DNA of 64,000 nucleotides from Lytechinus pictus (lineage: Eukaryota). Positions 1-10,459 of the stretch are shown here, one piece after another. The notes under the pieces were generated by a model, which was not told the origin of the DNA, searched no databases, and saw only the letters and a list, made by a program, of their open reading frames with translations. The stretch is taken from contig NC_087245.1 of NCBI RefSeq assembly GCF_037042905.1, positions 6,016,001 to 6,080,000 on the forward strand. Reading direction: 5' to 3'. The position numbers were made by a program, and so were the translations under genes. Numbering within the stretch: position 1 is the first letter of the stretch; each line of letters begins with the position of its first letter.

Positions 1-14
1 TGCATATATATACA

Positions 15-357
15 TATATTGTGAAATAAATGAATGAAGAGAACAATGGTTTTCCCAGAGCTATCTGCCCTTTGGAAAAATTGGTGATGCCGAAAAAATG
101 TCTCCGCCGGGAATCGAACCCGGACCCCAGCTTTGAACGCCGGTGCCTTAACCACTAGACCACATAGACGGGTTAGTGGCTCGGGCGACCCCGACCCGAT
201 TGACCGTCAGATAAACAGATTTTCGACGCCACCAATTAACTTTCCTATGTCGGGTGTAGGTGAGTATTGAACAATGACAAGCCGCTATGCCTCAGCTGGA
301 TCAAAGCTATTGCTTAGATACAGTACATGTATGGGACAAATTATACAAATGTGAGAC

Positions 358-362
<5 letters not shown>
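15..362 (-). repeat. Dispersed repeat carrying a tRNA-like gene, copy 1, bounded by (TA)n
   Basis: Aligns along its length with 8430-8800; followed by (TA)n at 363-396. Ends approximate. Confidence 0.85.
99..169 (-). tRNA. tRNA-like sequence, anticodon TCA, degenerate copy
   Basis: Reverse complement GTCTATG TG GTCT AGTGGTTA AGGC A CCGGC GTTCAAA GCTGG GGT CCGGG TTCGATT CCCGG CGGAGAC A then TTTTTT; A and B boxes present; one acceptor-stem mismatch and one G-T pair. Confidence 0.6.
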
Positions 363-400
<38 letters not shown>

Positions 401-528
401 TATATATACTGTAAAGAAATTGATGAAGAGATCATTGATCTCCTCATCCATTTCTTTACAATATTTAAATAAAAGAGTTACCAAAGCTGTTGTACATGTA
501 TAACTTTACACATATGTATACATTATAT

Positions 529-579
<51 letters not shown>

Positions 580-1263
580 TCTTTTTCATAAAATATTGCT
601 TAAGTTTATAATTTGATATCTTTGTTATGTGTTATCAGATTTTGATGGAATTTACGGCATTTGCTGTGTGAACTTTGCACCTTTTTCAGATATAATCACT
701 TTCTTTATTTATTTATTTATTTATTCAGTTTTATTTAAAAACAGGGTAGTCCTTTCAGAGCCCAAAGGCCTGCTTTACAAAAGAGCCATGTAGACATAGA
801 AAGATTTACAAAATAAATGAAATACAATTAATATAAAGTAAAATACAATACACAATCAAAATTACATGACATATCAATGATATCACATTAAATGAATCAA
901 AACAAAAATTAAAAACCTAGATTAAAATCAAGACAGTTTAAAAGACGAACAAAATCATAGAAATAAAGGAAATTACTTTAAAAACGTGTGACTAAAATTA
1001 AACTAAGTAAAATTTATAAATAAGTTATAAAATTGACAATTTAAAAAACTTTGAAAATTATTGATATAAAATGGAATAAAGCAGGTAGCATACAAGGACA
1101 AATAATAGAACAAAAGGTAAAATGAATCAAACAAAAAAATACATAAAGTATCACAAATACATAAAACCAAAAAGAAAAAAAAAACGTCACGATAACATCA
1201 AAACAAAAACAAAATAAATTAACATCATGGCAAAAGACATTATAAATAGGACCAGTGCATGCG

Positions 1264-4200
1264 TTAAAACAATAAAGAGAGTGGCCTGATTTGATTTTTA
1301 AACATTTGGAGTGAAGTTGCCGTACGTATATGAGTCGGTAGATTATTATAGATATTTGGAGCGATGTAAGAAAAGATCGCTTTTTAAATTCTGTCCTAGG
1401 TTTCGGAATAAATAGAGGACTTAGGGTAGAATGACGAGTAACATAAAAGAGTGGTCGTTTACAGGCAAAAGATTCTAAATAGTGTGGGGCTAGATTATTG
1501 AGAATTTTGAATACGAAAACAGAGTAGTGGTAGTTGATGCGAGTTTCAATACTTTGCCATTGAAGATTGTTTAAAAGGAAATCCTTTGTGGTACGATAGT
1601 CTGCATTGAGGACTAATCTAGCATATCTGTTTTGCGTCCTCTGTAATTTGAGCAAATCTTTCTTTTTACACTTACCCCAAACAACCGAACAATAATCTAT
1701 ATGTGGGAGAACAAGAGCATGGTAAAGGTGCTTGAGAATGCGTCGATTCAAGTAACATTTAATCCTTCTAATGCATGAAATAGCCCGGTTGATTTTATTA
1801 GTTAGATAAAAGATGTGCGGTGTCCAACTTAGACTTTGGTCAAGGGTTACCCCTAAATATTTGATATCAGAAACATTCTCAAGGTATTCTCTTCCGTGAA
1901 AGATATTCATACTTAGATTCTTAGTTTTATGTTTCGTCCCAAAAACCATCACTTTGGTTTTCTTTGCATTGATTTCCATATTATTTATTTCAAACCATTT
2001 GCACAGTAAATCATAATGTTTTTGTAATTTTTTCTGAGTGCTTTTTGAATTATTTCCTGTACAAAACAGAGCCGTGTCGTCAGCGTAAAGTGCAATCTTG
2101 ATTTGATTACTAAATTTCAAGTTACAAATATCATTTAGAAATAAACAAAACATCAGGGGGCCCAAAATTGACCCTTGCAGCACACCTGAATAGATCTGTA
2201 AAAAATCACTCTGGACGCCTTGAAACGAGACACATTGCTGTCTATCTGTTAGGTATGATGAGAACCAGTCTAATTCGACCGATGTTATACCATGATATGG
2301 CATTTTTTATAACAATATTTCGTAAGATATTACGTCGAAGGCTTTTTTCAGATCAAGGAATATCGCACCTGTTATTAAGCCACAATCAATATTATTTAAC
2401 AGGTAGTCAGTTATTTCAATTAAACAAGTTGCGGTTGAGTGCTTGGGGCGAAAACCCGATTGGCGCTGTGACAGTAGTTTGTATTCTTGTAAATAATCGT
2501 AAAGTTGGGCATGCACTGCCTTTTCAAGTATTTTTGATAGACATGACAAAAGTGAGATCGGTCTATAATTGCCGATGTCACTTGACTCACCACTCTTCGG
2601 TACTGGGATAATCTTTGCTCTTTTGAAATCACTTGGGAAACATCCTGAGCTTAAAGATTTGTTAAATATTATTGAAAGTGGTTCAGCTATAAAAGGGGCG
2701 GCGATTTTCAATAATCTTGGATGTAAATCATCCAGACCAACAGCTTTGTTTACATCGATTTTCTTAAGTTCCTTCATTACAAATTCCGGGTCTATATTTT
2801 TAAACCTAAATTTTGATACGACTTTTGATAATGTATTCATTGAATTAAAATTTTGATTGTCGGAAGGGTTATGTCTTTTACCAACATTAACAAAAAATTC
2901 GTTGAATGACTTTGCGATTTCTTGCTTGTCAGATGTCGTGTGAGTCCCAATATTTATATTAGGGTTGACTGAAACCTTTTTCTTGGGCAACACATTTTTC
3001 AGGATTTTCCAAGAATGTTGTAATTTGTTTTGACATTTTTTTATTTTGTTGCGATAAAATTCCCTTTTCAACTTCTTGTTTAGAATAAACACTTTATTTC
3101 GGAAATACTTATATTTTCCCCAAAGGTCATTGATTTCCTGACCTGTTTTTATTGATTTCTTCAGTTTGTCAAACTTTCTTTTGTAATAATCACGGTCTCT
3201 CGATAGAGCCAGGTATTCAGTTGTAATCCAGGGAGACCCACCCAATTTCTTTCTTACTGTAATATGGGGGGCGTGTTTATCAGCTAATACCTTAAAAGCT
3301 TCATTGAATTTTCCCCAATTATAATCGACGTCCTCTTCTGACGACAATAGATCACTCCATCGAATATTAGCAAGGTCATCGACAAAGTCATCCTCGACAA
3401 AGTTTCTAAACGATCTAAATGTAAAGATTTCAGGCTTAGCTTTTGGTCTATTGTAACCGAGGGTCAAATATATTAGGGAGTGGTCACTTAGTCCGCATGA
3501 GATTGTTCCAGATCGCTTTACACTTGTTACCATTGAACTAGAAACACAAATAATATCGATCAAGGTACTGCTACAAGGAGTTATTCTTGTAGGCTCTTGT
3601 GTAAGCTGGGTTAATTGAAAGGTGGAACAGAGTTCATGCACCTTATAAAGGCTATTTTTGGTTAACATGTTGGAGTTAAAATCACCTAGAACTATGACGT
3701 TATTTGTAAAAGAAAATACTTGATCCAAAGTTGCTTCAAGGCTTTCAAAGAATGATAAAGAACAATCAGGTTTACGATATACGACACATAGGAAAAATGG
3801 AAGTCGATATCGAATTTTCAATTCGAACCACATTATTTCCAAATCGTCTTTTTCAAAATCACGTCTTCTAACATATTCTACATTATTTTTTATATAACAT
3901 CCAACTCCACCACCGTGGACATTACGATCTCTCCTTTCAAAAATGTAACCTGGAATGTCTAATACATTTGAGGTAAATGTATCGTCAACCCATGTCTCAG
4001 ACATAGTGAATAAATCGACTGAATTGTTATTCATGAAATATTCGATTTCTTCCTTTTTGTTTCGTAAACTTCTGACGTTTAGATGGGATATTGACAATCC
4101 TTTATCATAAATACAAAAATTATTATCTTCGTTATTAGACAAGTTGTCGTGTTCCGAAAATGAAACATCTACGGTATCTGGTTCGCAATCAACATAAAAA

Positions 4201-4391
4201 AAGGGCAATTCTTGAAGGATACAAATAGGACAACTCCAATTTTCAAAAAGTTCTTTTCCATCATTGTATACAGATTGGGGTACATTGGCACACGTAATGT
4301 GAACCCAATTTTTACAGTTTGTACAGAGAAGGGCCTTCTGGTTGCATTTTACTGGTTTCTTGCAACTTACACACGCATACTTAATTGTCAT
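1264..4391 (-). pseudogene. LINE ORF2: PHD finger + APE endonuclease + reverse transcriptase, disrupted
   Basis: ATG at 4391; CVSC..CTNC..HITC..CPIC; HLNVRSL, SETW, GDFN, SDH; YRPISLL, DLKKAFD, QGSILGP, YADD. In-frame TAA at 2307-2309 joins ORFs 2307..4475 and 1041..2303. A 1-nt frameshift near 1372 restores SYIAPNIYNNLP...LLF* ending at 1264. Confidence 0.92.
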
Positions 4392-4589
4392 GAAACAAAT
4401 AACATGAAATATACTATGAAACAAGAAGTTTAATAACGAAAAATGAGCGTCGTTAACCAAAATCACATAAAACAAAATAACATGAATTTAAAATAAAGAA
4501 AACAACAACATTCAACAAAGACAAAGCTATTTGACAATAAACACCACGATTTACCTCTAGCTTTGACAGTCTGTATAGAGTTCGAGTGT

Positions 4590-5405
4590 TCAGTTTACTT
4601 TGGACAGGTCCTTTTCACTGGCAATAGACACCTTTTCGCCGTTTGGTTTTTTGACAATTATTTTACCATCTTGTGTCCAGAGTTTGTAATCATTGCTTCT
4701 GAGACTTTTCTTTACTTTCCAATATAGTTTATTCCGCTTCTGTGTTAGGCTTTCATTGATATAAATATGCTTTGACTTACTCGATGACTTTCGCAGGTTG
4801 AATCTAGCCTTGTAGATGGAGTCTCTCTTCCGATAGTTCGTGAATTTTACGATGACGTCCCGATGTTGTTTGCGAGTTTTCTGTCCTTTGTTGTTTGGGC
4901 TCCCGAGTCGGTGGCATCTGTCGACGTCGCTTTCATCGATGGTTACCCCGAGGTCCTCTTTACATATGTTCACTATTTTCCTCTCCACGTCCTCGTCTTG
5001 CGTCTCGTTGATACCAGCAAAGATTAGGCAGTTTCTTCGAGAGTACTGCTCTGCTTCGTCCATGGCGTCCTCGACGACATCTACTCGTTTTTCGAGCAAC
5101 GCCATTTTGTCGTTGGCGTTGTCAATGTCAAATTTCAACGAGTCTCTCACTTCCGATCTCAGAGATTCACATATCTCATCCAGCAGCTTTGTCTTGATAG
5201 CCGAAACCAGCTTAGATATAAAATTCTCATTGGTGAGTAGTTTATCGATGGCTGCTTGGATAGCATTGGATAGTGTGGAGTCGTCGCCGTCAGTGTCGTC
5301 ATTTTGGGCAGCAGAGTTGTCAGCGGGAGACGGACGCTTGGGCTTAGGGGAGTTATCGGCCAACGATCCCCCCTTTCCTCGTCTTGGTCTATCGGGTCCA
5401 CCCAT
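4590..5405 (-). CDS. LINE ORF1p (coiled coil + RRM, L1/Transposase_22-like type)
   Basis: Intact ORF from ATG 5405; motifs EQYSRRNCLIFAGINE, DRCHRLG, VIVKF, IYINESLT, WTQDGKI are typical of this ORF1 class. Confidence 0.88.
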   Translation of the reverse strand: MGGPDRPRRGKGGSLADNSPKPKRPSPADNSAAQNDDTDGDDSTLSNAIQAAIDKLLTNENFISKLVSAIKTKLLDEICESLRSEVRDSLKFDIDNANDKMALLEKRVDVVEDAMDEAEQYSRRNCLIFAGINETQDEDVERKIVNICKEDLGVTIDESDVDRCHRLGSPNNKGQKTRKQHRDVIVKFTNYRKRDSIYKARFNLRKSSSKSKHIYINESLTQKRNKLYWKVKKSLRSNDYKLWTQDGKIIVKKPNGEKVSIASEKDLSKVN

Positions 5406-8379
5406 AATGGTCAAGATTATCTGGACAATTGTTAATTGTATGCTTGGCGGAGGCTTCGTCACACACGTCCGTTCATCCCGACGTCAGCCCGGAATACCCT
5501 TAAAATGAGATCCATTACCTTTTTAGAACTGCGTTTTCTTATTTCGGAAATTAGTTAAATAGTGAATTATACTACCTTGTAGATTTTGAAAATACCCTTT
5601 ACCAAAATGTTTGGGGATATACCCCGATCCCCCGACCCCCGTCGCTCTTGTCTAAAACTTAATTTGTTCACTCTGTGCCTTAATAGACAAACAACTATTT
5701 TGAGTGGGTTTCAGACCGATTTCCGCCATTGATTCAGAGGAATGCAATATTCCACTCTTTATTGTTTGAATATCTTTATCGTCAACAAAGTATGTCGTCT
5801 ATGTAGTTAGCAACACACCCTAACGTTGGATGTGCATATGACAACTGGAATTGAAGAAAACAAAACACTTGTCTCGCCAGCGCCCCGTTGCATAAAAGTC
5901 ACCGTTATGGTAACTTTGCCATCCAATGGTAACTATCACGGTAACGATGATCAACAGCCAATCCCTAATATTATGGATATATCATGCATTGTCATTATTT
6001 TTTCTAATACGGAAATGTACTACCTTACCACCCACTCTTCAGTCTAACCCTGTTAGTTCTCGATACCCTGATTGTCTCCGTGCATGCACGGAGAGAAGGT
6101 GCGCCAAATGGCACACATTTTTTACCGAAAGGCATACTGGTAATTGACAAGCAAACACGATATACATATTCAAAGATATTACAAGGGGCAGATCGGACAC
6201 TTCTAAAAGGCGATGTTTTGAAACGCTCGATAAATGCTCATGGGAAGGGCGCCATTAGCGTTGAGTAAAGTAACCATCGCATATCGGCACATCGGCTGTG
6301 CATAAAACATAAGGAGGAATGAGAGAGGGGATTCCGGAGAGGGCTCAAGGGCGGCGCATGGGAATAACTCCACCTTTTATTACCCATAAACCTCTGAAAT
6401 ATATTAATCTTTAATTTAAGGGAAAAATGATTTAAAAAAAATGAATGTAAAAATCGTCTATTGTGACCCTCACCATTTTATATGTTTTGTACACAACCAT
6501 ATCGCGATACGCAAAGGTAAAAAAAAAGGTCGATACTCATCGCTGTACTTGGGCGCTCTTTCTAAGCGTTCAAGGCCCAATATATAGGGCCTTGTAAGCG
6601 TTGTGAAGTGCGCATGTAATCCAAGCTATGTGGGGAAGTTACAAATTGATGCAGAGGTTCGAGCCCCGGTCACGTCTTTCGGTCCCAGACGTAAATAATC
6701 ATATCTGATTGATACACGTCTGACAAAACTCAAATACACACACATTCATTGTTTCATTGCGCGCTCTCTGTACTGTCCGATCTTCCCCTTAGTATCTTTG
6801 ATATATTGCAAAGTGATAAGGAAATTTTAAGCATTTTATTTTAAATTAAAACAACCATGTTTAGTTTCAAATCTATTTTGTTTAAAAGTTCGACATTGTT
6901 AAATAATTTTCTAAACGAGTCAAGAATAACTATTAGTAAGGACAACAAATCAGACTGTATAGGCCCGAATAATTTGTACGGGTTTGGAACATTCATTTGC
7001 ATTTTGGGGCAATAATAGTCGTATATACATTATTCCTTCTCCGATGTGTCTATTCATATGTATGCACTTTTCTATCATACCAAGGGAGCAAATCCACATT
7101 TTTGAAAAATATCAAGCTGTGGTCCATGCGTTATACCTCTGAGGTGACTAATATTACTATCCCATATAGCTCTATACGGGGAGAGTAAATTTACTCTGAC
7201 ATTCTCAGCATGGTATATCCATATAAATCAAATCTTAAAGTCAAACTTTGAGGACTGCCTCGAATTTTTCTGCATAAAGCAATATAAATTATATCTAATA
7301 TATACAATGTGTATTTTTTTTTAATTCAAGATATATTTATAGCATTTTGTTTACGTGTTTTTCTGTGTTCATATATTAAAGAACTGTTGCTGGGCTGGCG
7401 CCATGAGCGTCTTCGGACGGTTTGTGCGCTCTTACAACCAGCTGTGATATAATAGGGAAGATGGCGTGCTTCATATTCAACAAATTAGTACCTTTACATC
7501 ATAATGGTTTGTTTTAAAGAAATCGGAGTCCCATTCGACCAGAAGAGTTACAAGATCGTTTAAAACTTAAAAAAAGTCACTCAGGTAAACGCAGGGATTT
7601 TTTGGGGGGTTGGTGTAAATCATTGCATAAATTTTTACTTAATCATTTTTGGGAATGTCTTGATGATTTCATATCTTATGTACCCAAATAATTATTGATG
7701 CTGAATATTAGATGTCCATTGAAACTAATCAGAGACAAAAACCTTCACTCGGGGTTGATATTCTGGTTGCTAAATGAAAATTTCTATCAGTCATTTTGTA
7801 AAACCTTCAGGTAATTTTTATCAACACACATTTATCCATATAAAAACGATAAACATCGTGAGAAGACGGGGTATTTTTATCCATGTGACAGATCTCGGAA
7901 ATCGTATTCTCAACAAAGGGGAAGATAGCTATGATTATGCATAGGCAACAAATTCTTAAAGGCACGCATTGTATTTTTTTATCGCTTGAAGAATCATAAA
8001 AAAAATGCTATAGTCACACCACTGGAACTGACTCCAGACCGATCAAAGCTATTTCAAATGGTATATCATTGGTTAGTTTGGATCCAGTATGCGTTGGTGT
8101 GTGACTGAGGCAGGAAGTCATTTGAGGCTGTTTAACGTTCGTAGAGCACGCCATCACATTCCTATATTTATATATCATGTTTGGCTTTCATCTGCCCAAA
8201 CATGTAGGAAACTTACCGTCAAAATCTTACCACTGGTCAGGGGCGTCGATCCATTTTTCAGATTGGGGGGGGGCAAAATCATGAATCGTTCTAAAGGCGC
8301 TCGATCACACCAAACAAACTCACCCACACACACACACACACACACAGGCCTAATTATATATATATATATATATATATAT

Positions 8380-8815
8380 AAATGTGTGAAGTTATACATG
8401 TACTACAGCTTTGGCAACTCTTTTATATTTAAATATTGTGTGAAAGAAATGGATGAAGAGAACAATGGTATGCGTAGCTTAAATCAAGGTTCCCCAGAGC
8501 TATCTACCCTTTTTGGAAAAATTGGTGATGCCGAAAAAATGTCTCTGCCGGGAATCGAACCCGGGCCCCCAGCTTTGAACGCCGGTGCCTTAACCACTAG
8601 ACCACAGAGACGGGTTAGTGGCTAGGGCGACCACGATCCAATTGACCGTCAGATAGACAGATTTTCGACACCATACCAATTATAATTTCCTTTGTCGGGT
8701 GAAGGTGGGTTTTGAACAATGACAAGCCGCCATGCCTCAGTTGGATCAAAGCTATTGCTTTGATACAGTACACGTATGGGAGAAAGTATACAAATGTGTG
8801 AAGTTATACATGTAC

Positions 8816-8819
<4 letters not shown>
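8380..8819 (-). repeat. Dispersed repeat carrying a tRNA-like gene, copy 2, nested in (TA)n inside the hAT-like element
   Basis: Homologous to 15-362; identical 28-bp direct repeats at 8380-8407 and 8792-8819; (TA)n on both sides. Confidence 0.88.
8540..8611 (-). tRNA. tRNA-like gene with complete cloverleaf, anticodon TCA (opal-suppressor-like, not Sec-type)
   Basis: GTCTCTG TG GTCT AGTGGTTA AGGC A CCGGC GTTCAAA GCTGG GGGC CCGGG TTCGATT CCCGG CAGAGAC A, 72 nt, all four stems pair, T6 immediately 3'. Function unproven. Confidence 0.7.
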
Positions 8820-8847
<28 letters not shown>

Positions 8848-10162
8848 AGAAAGAGACTCGGACACATATCTCACCAACAAATTAATGCGAGCGCGAAGCG
8901 TGAGCTGAAAGTTGTTAGAATGCTGACCTGAAAACAGGAATGGTACCTGTTTATAGGACTGTTTGTAGCAGTAACTCATGTGGAGGATACATATCTCACT
9001 ACACAGATAATGTGAGTACCGAGAGCGAGCTGAAATTTCTTTATATTCTGACCTTAAAGATTCATTTTTTGGAACTAATGATTAGGATGGGTTTCTAAAA
9101 TAATATAGATGCGAGCGCGAAGCGCGAGCTGAAAATTTTGATATTTCGATCTGAAAAAATTGACAGGTTAATGGACGTTTTTAATAAAGAGCAAGATATA
9201 TATTCAACACAAGATTATTGCAAATCGGAACTGGAGTTCTTTTTAGGTTTAGAACTGAGAACGGGACATTCTGTTCACCTAATTAATCATGAAAAGTATG
9301 GGTTTTGGTACATAAATGATGCGAGCGCGAAGCGCGAGCTGAAAATTTTTATATTCCAATCTGAAAAACTGACATTTTGAGCACGATTTTAAATAAAGAA
9401 CGAGTTGTGTATCTCAATCTCGCTTGCTGATTTTTGTGTAACACTGCAATCTTATTTTATTTTTGCACATGCATTCGGAATTATTGGGGGGGGGGGGGCA
9501 AAACGATATGTTTGCCCCCCCGATATTTTCATTGGTGGGGCGATCGCCCCCCCCCCTGCCCCCCCAGGATCGACGCCTCTGCCACTGGTGAAACCCCTGG
9601 GTAACTCTCGATATACATACCGAGAGTTGCGTGAATATTTGTACCAATCGCTCTGACATATTTTTATGATATAATGTAAAGAGAAGATGATGGTCAAGAA
9701 TGAAGCAGAGTAATACACCGTGTTGCAAAGCCTTCGCCCTGGCCTTCTTGAGTTCTTATTTGCTAAATAAAACAAATAAAGCAAATTATAGAATAAGAAA
9801 CACATAACAAACATAATGGTAAATAACAGCAAATTAAAGCAAAACCAAAACAATTGTGAGAGATCGTAATTACAATTATGACAACGATGGCCAACCATAT
9901 ACTTCCGCGCCCAATCTCACATGTACCTTTGAATTTGGCCATATTTATATGATCATAATTGTCAGGAATATGTCACCTTTATTCCTGTTACAGTGAGTAA
10001 ATAAGTATTCATTAAATATATTTCGACCGCTGTATTCTCAATTTCTCGTTTAATGTAATGTGATTTTTTTTACTGTAAAGTTTGCTTGCCGCGACCGCAT
10101 GTCTGTCCAACTTTAATTCATGTCAACATTCAAACCATTAAAACAGCCATCTTTAAAAAAAA

Positions 10163-10275
10163 ATGCCACTAAAATTGCTGGTTAATAATAATAATAATAA
10201 TAATAGGCATTTATATAGCGCCTATAAATGCCTATTATTATTATTATTATTATTAACTAGCAATTTTAGTGGCAT
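10163..10275. repeat. Near-perfect inverted repeat (53-bp arms, 7-nt spacer)
   Basis: 10163-10215 versus 10223-10275, one mismatch; includes (AAT)n/(ATT)n. Confidence 0.9.
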
Positions 10276-10459
10276 AATACTTAATATTGTATCCCGTATA
10301 CATAGCCTTAATGTGGAGGTGCCCCAAATATTTTAAATTTTATTTTTTAGCTCACTTTATTGGTTTGACCCCCTTCCCAAACTGCTCGGACCGGATTTAC
10401 GACAGTGTTAATTATTACCAACATCGTATAGGGGTAATTGTTGAGTGGCATCTTATCTG

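Larger units (their letters stand above)
703..5745 (-). mobile_element. Near full-length non-LTR retrotransposon (CR1/L2 group): 5'UTR, ORF1, ORF2, 3'UTR, (AATA)n tail
   Basis: ORF1 and APE-RT ORF2 on the same strand; (TTTA)n at 703-725 on plus; conserved 3' motif at 742-790. 5' end is approximate (AATGGCGG motif at 5723-5730). Confidence 0.92.
8238..9581. mobile_element. Non-autonomous hAT-like DNA transposon
   Basis: 15-bp TIRs CAGGGGCGTCGATCC / GGATCGACGCCTCTG (14/15); exact 8-bp TSD CCACTGGT at 8230-8237 and 9582-9589; internal GCGAGCGCGAAGCGCGAGCTGAAA-type repeats. Confidence 0.88.

Noticed and set aside
1041..1263. Hydrophobic C-terminal extension of the 420-aa RT ORF
   Set aside because: Artefact of the frameshift near 1372 reading into the T-rich 3'UTR.
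4840..5508. 222-aa plus-strand ORF and similar antisense ORFs over gag-pol and the GPCR
   Set aside because: Shadows of real minus-strand ORFs with no motifs of their own.
8540..8611. tRNA-Sec call
   Set aside because: 72 nt with a 4-nt variable loop and standard 7/5 geometry; lacks the long variable arm.
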